From contig JAXDPI010000041.1 of assembly GCA_034668465.1 (NCBI GenBank), forward strand, positions 381-64,380: a stretch of 64,000 nt of DNA, written 5' to 3'. Of the stretch, positions 58,249 to 64,000 are shown piece after piece. The stretch comes from Sphingomonadales bacterium. GTDB lineage: Bacteria > Pseudomonadota > Alphaproteobacteria > Sphingomonadales > Sphingomonadaceae. How positions within the stretch are numbered: the first letter of the stretch is position 1; every line of letters starts with the position of its first letter. Both the position numbers and the translations under genes were made by a program. Under the pieces are notes generated by a model, which saw only the letters and a program-made list of their open reading frames with translations, was not told where the DNA came from and searched no databases.

Positions 58249-59181
58249 ATGGAAAAAGAGCACTCCCCCCGGCGGGCCCATCCGCCCGGGGCCCGGTTCG
58301 CGACCTGGGCCGCGCCCGACGGCTGGGGCTTGCGCCGGATGGACTGGCCGCAAACGGGGCGGAAGAAAGTGCGCGGCAGCCTGATCTTCGCGAGCGGGCG
58401 CGGGGATTTCATCGAGAAATATCTCGAAGCCTTCGCCCACTGGCACGGCCGCGGCTGGAACGTGACCGCGTTCGACTGGCGCGGACAGGGCGCTTCGCAG
58501 GCGGCAGGCTTCGGTTTCGACAGCTTCGACGTGCTGGTCGACGATCTCGCCGCCTTGCTCGCCGACTGGCTCGCCGCGACGTCCGGCCCGCATGTCGCGA
58601 TCGGTCATTCGATGGGCGGGCATTTGCTGCTGCGGACGATCGTCGAGCGCGCGCCCGCGCTCGACGCGGCGGTGCTGGTCGCGCCGATGATCCTCGTTAA
58701 CAGCGCCCCCATTCCATCCTGGCTGGCACCCGACCTTGCCGACACGATGTCCCGGCTGGGCTTCCGCAACACGCCGATGTGGAAGACGCCGCCGGCGCTG
58801 CAGCGTCCGGGCTCCCAGCGCCAGAAGCTCCTCACCGGCTCGCGCGAGCGCTACGAGGACGAGGCCTGGTGGTGGGAGAAGCAGCCGGGCTGGAATCTCG
58901 GCGCGCCGACCTGGGGCTGGGCGCGCGCCGCCTACCGATCGGCCGCCGCGGCTTTCACGCCCGCGCGGCTCGGCCAGGTAGACCTGCCGGTGCTGCTGCT
59001 CGGCTCCGATCGCGATCGGCTGGTCAGCCCAAGCGAGATCCGCCGCGTCGCCCGGCTGCTGCCGCATGCCGAGCTCGAGATGTTCCCGGTCTCCGGCCAC
59101 GAGATCCTGCGCGAGGCTGATCCGGTCCGTCGCGCGGCGCTGGCCCGGATCGACGCCTTCCTCGACGGCCGCGCCAAATGA
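58249..59181 (+). CDS. Alpha/beta hydrolase (lysophospholipase PldB-like)
   Basis: GRGDFIEKY, DWRGQG, GHSMGG, HEILRE. Confidence 0.88.
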   Translation: MEKEHSPRRAHPPGARFATWAAPDGWGLRRMDWPQTGRKKVRGSLIFASGRGDFIEKYLEAFAHWHGRGWNVTAFDWRGQGASQAAGFGFDSFDVLVDDLAALLADWLAATSGPHVAIGHSMGGHLLLRTIVERAPALDAAVLVAPMILVNSAPIPSWLAPDLADTMSRLGFRNTPMWKTPPALQRPGSQRQKLLTGSRERYEDEAWWWEKQPGWNLGAPTWGWARAAYRSAAAAFTPARLGQVDLPVLLLGSDRDRLVSPSEIRRVARLLPHAELEMFPVSGHEILREADPVRRAALARIDAFLDGRAK

Positions 59182-60221
59182 CGGACATCGCGATCATCGG
59201 CGCGGGGATGGCCGGCGCCAGCCTCGCCGCCGCGCTTGCCGGCGAGGCCGACGTGGTGATCCTCGAGACGGAGAGCCGGCCGGGCTACCATGCCACGGGC
59301 CGCTCGGCCGCTTTCTGGTCGGAAAGCTATGGCGGGCCGTCGATCCGGCCGCTGACCAGCGCTTCGCGGCCGCTGCTCGCGCCTTACCTTACGCCGCGCG
59401 GCGCCATCCACCTGGCGGACGCGCAAGGGCGCGCCAGGCTGGACGCCCTGGCGACGGCCTTCCCCGAAATGCCCCTTCAGCCGCTGGACCGCGCCGCGCT
59501 CGAGCGGGCGATTCCCGGGCTGAGGCCGGGCTGGGACCATGGCCTCGCCGAGCCGAGCTGCGCCGACATCGACGTGGCCGCTTTTCATGCCGCCTGCCTC
59601 AAGGGCGCCAGGGTCGTCACCGACGCAAGGCTGATCCGGGCCGAGCGAAACGGCCGCTGGCGCATCGAAACGGGTGCCGGGACCTTTGCGGCGGACATCC
59701 TGGTCAACGCCGCGGGCGCGTGGGCGGACGAGGTGGCGGCAGCGTCGGGCGAGCGGCCGCTCGGCATCCGGCCCTATCGCCGCACCATCGCCCAGCTGCG
59801 CGTCGACCCGCCCGTGCCGGCCGGCCTGCCGCTGGTGATCGACGCCGCGGAGCGTTTTTATTTCAAGCCCGAAGCGGGCGGCCGGCTCTGGCTCAGCCCG
59901 CACGACGAGACGCCCTCGCCGCCTTGCGACTGCGCGCCGGAGGAGATCGACGTCGCGGTCGCGATCGACCGGCTGGAAAAGGTGGTCGACTGGCGGGTGC
60001 TGGCGGTCGAGCGCAAATGGGCGGGCTTGCGGAGCTTCGCGCCGGACCGGCTGCCGGTCTACGGGTTCAGCGGGAGCGGCCGCGGCTTCTTCTGGTTCGC
60101 GGGGCAGGGCGGCTTCGGCATCCAGACCGCGCCGGCAGCCGCCCGGCTCGGCGCGGCGCTGATCCTGGGCGGTGCGCCGGAGATCGACCCCGCGCATTAC
60201 GCGCCGGGCCGCTTCGCCTGA
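59178..60221 (+). CDS. FAD-dependent oxidoreductase (DAO family)
   Basis: [37 protein letters not shown]. Confidence 0.88.
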   Translation: MTDIAIIGAGMAGASLAAALAGEADVVILETESRPGYHATGRSAAFWSESYGGPSIRPLTSASRPLLAPYLTPRGAIHLADAQGRARLDALATAFPEMPLQPLDRAALERAIPGLRPGWDHGLAEPSCADIDVAAFHAACLKGARVVTDARLIRAERNGRWRIETGAGTFAADILVNAAGAWADEVAAASGERPLGIRPYRRTIAQLRVDPPVPAGLPLVIDAAERFYFKPEAGGRLWLSPHDETPSPPCDCAPEEIDVAVAIDRLEKVVDWRVLAVERKWAGLRSFAPDRLPVYGFSGSGRGFFWFAGQGGFGIQTAPAAARLGAALILGGAPEIDPAHYAPGRFA

Positions 60222-60658
60222 ACGAGCGCGGCGGCGCAGGCGAGGGCGTCGGCGCGGTCGTTCTCGCGGTGGCCGCTATGGCCCTTGACCCAATGCCATT
60301 CGACCCGGTGGCGCTCCTGCGCGGCGAGCAGTTCGCGCCAGAGCTCGGCATTCTTGACCGGCTTCCTGTCGGCGGTGCGCCAGCCGTTCTTCATCCAGCC
60401 GTGGATCCAGCGGGTGATGCCGTCGCGGACGTAAACGCTGTCGGTGTAGAGCCGGACGCGGCAGGGCCGGGTCAGCGCCTCGAGGCCGCGGATCGCCGCG
60501 AGCAGCTCCATCCGGTTGTTGGTGGTCAACGGCTCGCCGCCCGAATATTCCCGCTCGCGCGTGCCAGAGCGGATGATCACCCCCCAGCCGCCCGGGCCGG
60601 GATTGCCCTTGCACGCGCCGTCGGTGAACATTTCTACGCTGGGGAGCTCTGGGGTCAC
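60197..60658 (-). CDS. rnhA: Ribonuclease HI
   Basis: [37 protein letters not shown]. Confidence 0.97.
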   Translation of the reverse strand: MTPELPSVEMFTDGACKGNPGPGGWGVIIRSGTREREYSGGEPLTTNNRMELLAAIRGLEALTRPCRVRLYTDSVYVRDGITRWIHGWMKNGWRTADRKPVKNAELWRELLAAQERHRVEWHWVKGHSGHRENDRADALACAAALVQAKRPGA

Positions 60659-61602
60659 GCCGCCTCGAGACCCGCCGGCAGCTTGAAAATCATCCGCTCC
60701 TCAACCCCTTCGACCGGCTCTTCGGTGATTTCGAACCGCGCGGCCAGCGCCTCGACCACCTCGCGGACCAGCACTTCGGGGGCCGAGGCGCCGGCGGTGA
60801 TGCCGAGCGTGCGCACGCCGCCGAGCCAGGCGAAGTCGATGTCGGCGCCGCGGCCGACGAGCCGCGCCGGCGTGCCCTCGCGCTCGGCGACCTCGACCAG
60901 CCGCAGCGAATTCGAGCTGTTCGGCGCGCCAATCACCAGCAGCGCGTCGCAGCGCCCGGCGATCGTCTTCACCGCCGCCTGGCGGTTCGAGGTCGCGTAG
61001 CAGATGTCCTCGCTGCGCGGCGCGTGGATCGAAGGGAAGCGGCGGTTGAGGATGGTCACGATTTCGGCGGTATCGTCGACCGAAAGCGTGGTCTGGGTCA
61101 GGAAGGCGAGGCGGTCGGGATCGTCCGGCATGATGCGTTCGGCGTCGGCGGCGGTCTCGATCAAGGTCATCCGCCCCTCGGGCACCTGGCCGAACGTGCC
61201 GATCACCTCGGGATGGCCGGCATGGCCGACGAACAATATGTGCCGGCCGCGCTCGATCAGCCGCTCGGCCTGGCGGTGGACCTTGGAGACGAGCGGGCAG
61301 GTCGCGTCGAGATAGTTGAGGCCGCGCGCCTGCGCCTTGGCCGGCACCGCCTTGGGGACGCCGTGCGCCGAGAAGACCACGGGCACGCCGTCGGGCACCA
61401 GATCGAGCTCCGGCACGAACACCGCGCCCTTGGCCTTGAGGCTGTCGACGACGAATTTGTTGTGGACGATCTCGTGGCGGACGTAGACCGGCGCGCCGTA
61501 GCGCTCGAGCGCCAGCTCGACGATCCGGATCGCGCGGTCGACCCCGGCGCAAAAGCCGCGCGGCGCCGCGATCAAGAGGGTCAGGGGAGGCTTGGCGGTC
61601 AT
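60655..61602 (-). CDS. ispH: 4-hydroxy-3-methylbut-2-enyl diphosphate reductase
   Basis: [41 protein letters not shown]. Confidence 0.97.
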   Translation of the reverse strand: MTAKPPLTLLIAAPRGFCAGVDRAIRIVELALERYGAPVYVRHEIVHNKFVVDSLKAKGAVFVPELDLVPDGVPVVFSAHGVPKAVPAKAQARGLNYLDATCPLVSKVHRQAERLIERGRHILFVGHAGHPEVIGTFGQVPEGRMTLIETAADAERIMPDDPDRLAFLTQTTLSVDDTAEIVTILNRRFPSIHAPRSEDICYATSNRQAAVKTIAGRCDALLVIGAPNSSNSLRLVEVAEREGTPARLVGRGADIDFAWLGGVRTLGITAGASAPEVLVREVVEALAARFEITEEPVEGVEERMIFKLPAGLEAA

Positions 61603-61700
61603 CTTCGGTTCACTTGGGCGGGGCTCTACTGGATTGCTTGCTTGCACGGAACCCTTACGGCATTAGGAGCCCCAACCCGAATCTTTCGAGGATTTCCGCC

Positions 61701-62345
61701 TTGCGCCTGTCCACGTCCAAAGCGGCTGCCGCCGCCCTGCTTTCCCTCGGACTCTTCGGCTGCGCCCGCGAGGGCGACATCCAGGCGACCGGCATCCTGA
61801 CCAGGTACACCGCCTGCCCGCCGGTCGCGATCGCCGCTCCGACCGGCGACGTCACCCTGTTCAGCCCGGCCGGCAGCCGCGACGCCAACGCGATCGACGT
61901 CGTCGCGCAGATCACCAACGTTCGCAGCACCTGCGACGACAGCGGCGAATATATCCTCACCCAGGTAAGCTTCGACGTCCAGGCCCGGCGCCGCGACGGC
62001 CAGGGCGTGCGCGAGGTCGTCCTGCCTTATTTCGCGAGCGTCGTGCAGGGAAGCAGCAACGTCGTCGCCAAGCGCACCAGCCGGGTCGGCCTGCGCTTCG
62101 CGCAAGGGGAGGTGCGCACCTCGACCAGCGCGACCGCGACCACCCAGGTGCTGCGCGCGGCCGCCACTCTGCCCGATGACATCCGCCGCCAGATCACCCG
62201 CGAGCGCCGCGCGGGCGACCCCAATGCGGCGATCGACCCGATGGCCGATCCGGCGGTGCGCGCCGCGGTCGAGCGCGCCCGCTTCGAGGTGCTGGTCGGC
62301 TTCGAGCTCGACCAGGACCAGCTCAGGTACAACGCGACGCGCTAG
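61701..62345 (+). CDS. Lipoprotein of unknown function, divergent from ispH
   Basis: GAGG RBS before a TTG start; lipobox LFGC; CPPV...C pattern. Confidence 0.75.
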   Translation: MRLSTSKAAAAALLSLGLFGCAREGDIQATGILTRYTACPPVAIAAPTGDVTLFSPAGSRDANAIDVVAQITNVRSTCDDSGEYILTQVSFDVQARRRDGQGVREVVLPYFASVVQGSSNVVAKRTSRVGLRFAQGEVRTSTSATATTQVLRAAATLPDDIRRQITRERRAGDPNAAIDPMADPAVRAAVERARFEVLVGFELDQDQLRYNATR

Positions 62346-62425
62346 GGCACAGTCACCAGGGGGACAGTCACTTTTCGCACGGCGGCGCCAAGCTTCGCGC
62401 CGCGGCGCGTGAAAGTGACTGTCCC
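62345..62425. repeat. Inverted pair GGGACAGTCACTTT...AAAGTGACTGTCCC
   Basis: Hybrid GGGAC/GTCAC arms of the same REP-like family enclosing a GC-rich spacer. Confidence 0.8.
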
Positions 62426-62476
62426 TTCCGGCCCTTCCCAAATAAGTTGAGGAAGTTGAGGCTTGCCGAGAGGCGG

Positions 62477-63631
62477 TCATTCTTCCCCTCCATCGGCCGT
62501 CTCGCCGCCCGCCAGATCGTCCCAATATTCGGCCGGCAGGTCGAGCAGGACGCCGCTCCGCCAGGCGCGGATCAGTTGGTCGTCGGTCCAATCCCAGATC
62601 GCGGCGGGATCGAGGTCGGATGTGTCGATCGCGGCTGCCTCCTCCGCTTCGAGCGGCAACGCCTCCCCGTCCCCGTCCGGGTCGGCCGCGTCCGAGGCCA
62701 AGCGGGCGAAATGAAAGCGTAGCGGCGAGCCGGGACTGGGCGTCGAGTTCGGGCTTCTTCCCCTCCGGATCTGGAGCCAGTCCGAGAAGCCGCTGCGGAA
62801 GAAGCGCATCCACTGGTCGGGATCCCACTCCGTCTGGCGCGTCGGATCGAGATCCCATACCTCGATGTCGCAGGGGTGGACGTCGCGATAATGATGGCAA
62901 CCGGTGAGCCTGGCATAATCGCCCAGGCCCGGGTCGTCCTCCCGAGGCAGCGGCGCCGGTTTGGCTTCGGGCTCCGGCTCGACGGGCTTGCGCGCCTCGA
63001 CGAAGGCGTCCGCATCGCCGCCCCCGGCGAGGCAGTCGCAATAATCGTCCAGATCCTCGGAGAGCGCGCGCAATTGCGCCTCGGCCGGCGCTTCGCGTTC
63101 GGCCAGCCGGTCGAGGCGGGTGAGCAGGGCCATGGCCAGGCGATTGTCGTGATAATGATATTCGCCGACGACGATTCCGTCGCGCTTGCGGATCGAGACG
63201 CAGCCGGCGATCGCGCGCGCCTGCAGCTCGGAGGCGACGCGGGCGCGGGCGCGATGGACGAGCATCGCATCCCACATCCTGGCGAAGGCGCGGCCCTCGC
63301 GGCGGTTGCGGAAGGCGTAGGCGGATTGGGCCGAGCGGCCGACGGCGCGCGCGGCATGCTCGACGATCCCGGTCGCGGCAAGGTGCCGCAGGAAGCCTGC
63401 AACGGCCTCGGGCGTCCAGCCGTCGTGGCGGGGCTTGCGGCCGCCCGCCGGAAAGGTTTCGGCAAGCGCTTCGTCGAGCGACTCGTCGAGGCAGTCGGAG
63501 AGGAGGGGCGGGGGCTCGAAATTCGGCGAATCGGGCGGGGCGGGCGGGCGCGCGCCCTCGCCCGGGTTGAAGGACGAGGCGGACTCATCGGCCGGCGCCT
63601 CGGGGGCGATTCGGTTCTGGTTCTGTTCCAT
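62477..63631 (-). CDS. Hypothetical HTH protein (RHDGWTP motif; terminase-small-subunit-like)
   Basis: PRHDGWTPEAVAGFLRHLAATGIVEHAARAVGRSAQSAYAFRNR...FARMWD, then DNRLAMALLTRLD; start at MEQNQ inferred. Confidence 0.75.
   Translation of the reverse strand: MEQNQNRIAPEAPADESASSFNPGEGARPPAPPDSPNFEPPPLLSDCLDESLDEALAETFPAGGRKPRHDGWTPEAVAGFLRHLAATGIVEHAARAVGRSAQSAYAFRNRREGRAFARMWDAMLVHRARARVASELQARAIAGCVSIRKRDGIVVGEYHYHDNRLAMALLTRLDRLAEREAPAEAQLRALSEDLDDYCDCLAGGGDADAFVEARKPVEPEPEAKPAPLPREDDPGLGDYARLTGCHHYRDVHPCDIEVWDLDPTRQTEWDPDQWMRFFRSGFSDWLQIRRGRSPNSTPSPGSPLRFHFARLASDAADPDGDGEALPLEAEEAAAIDTSDLDPAAIWDWTDDQLIRAWRSGVLLDLPAEYWDDLAGGETADGGEE
63614..63628. promoter_or_regulatory. Alphaproteobacterial LexA-box match GTTC-N7-GTTC
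   Basis: GTTCTGGTTCTGTTC, overlapping codons 2-6 of the 62477-63631 gene. Confidence 0.45.
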
Positions 63632-63787
63632 TTGGCAGGATAGGCCACGGAAGCTGGGGTGTAGGAAAGTGTTTTTTGCTCCCACGAGGCTCAGGGCGTC
63701 TTACGGCGTGAGCTTCCGCTTTCGACCCATTGCGGACGTTCAGCGCATGGGTCATGAAGTGGAATGGGCTTCTTCGATGATAGCCAT

Positions 63788-64000
63788 GTGACGGACGCTG
63801 GTTTGACCGGCTCGGCAGGGCCGAGAACACCCACAGAGAGGTTTATCGATGATTACGGTGTGGGTATCGGCGTCGGCCTAGCGGTCATTCTGTTCGCGTT
63901 GTTGGTGGCAAGGACTTTGAGGAAATATCCGCATTCCGACACAGCTCTGAGCAATCTGCTCCTTATATCTGGGGCCGGTTTAGCCGCGGGCACGATTTTG
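63788..64000 (+). CDS. Possible membrane protein, runs off the window edge
   Basis: Open frame from GTG 63788 with a hydrophobic GVGIGVGLAVILFALLVA segment; AT-richer than the backbone. Confidence 0.4.
   Translation, partial: MTDAGLTGSAGPRTPTERFIDDYGVGIGVGLAVILFALLVARTLRKYPHSDTALSNLLLISGAGLAAGTIL

Noticed and set aside
1-64000. tRNA, rRNA, tmRNA, intact IS transposases or prophage genes
   Set aside because: None recognised by eye; tRNAscan-SE, ISEScan and Infernal runs would be needed to exclude them formally.

Overview
GC-rich alphaproteobacterial chromosome segment. Gene content and order point to Sphingomonadaceae (inference). The backbone is housekeeping: tamA-tamB, a kgtP-like MFS transporter, gcrA, argD, hslO, queC-queE, lipB, hemF, trmL, petABC, phoD, ychF, pth, rplY, glyQ-glyS, ppdK, a cpa/tad pilus cluster, rnhA and ispH. 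Several accessory inserts interrupt it. Two inserts sit inside protein-coding genes and are each bounded by a decayed duplicate of the target gene end. One is a ~1.6 kb three-ORF islet at the 3' end of gcrA. The other is a ~6 kb island at the 5' end of trmL, carrying a tyrosine-integrase remnant and a Csu-type chaperone-usher pilus cluster. Other notable points: an uncharacterised lipoprotein plus helical-protein pair where argF normally lies; no thrB between ispH and rnhA; two HTH genes of unknown function with LexA-box-like sites; an MmgR-like sRNA; an entericidin/EF-hand fusion behind an EcfG-type promoter; and several families of intergenic palindromic repeats. I saw no tRNA, rRNA or CRISPR array. 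All family calls come from motif recognition by eye; no database search was run.
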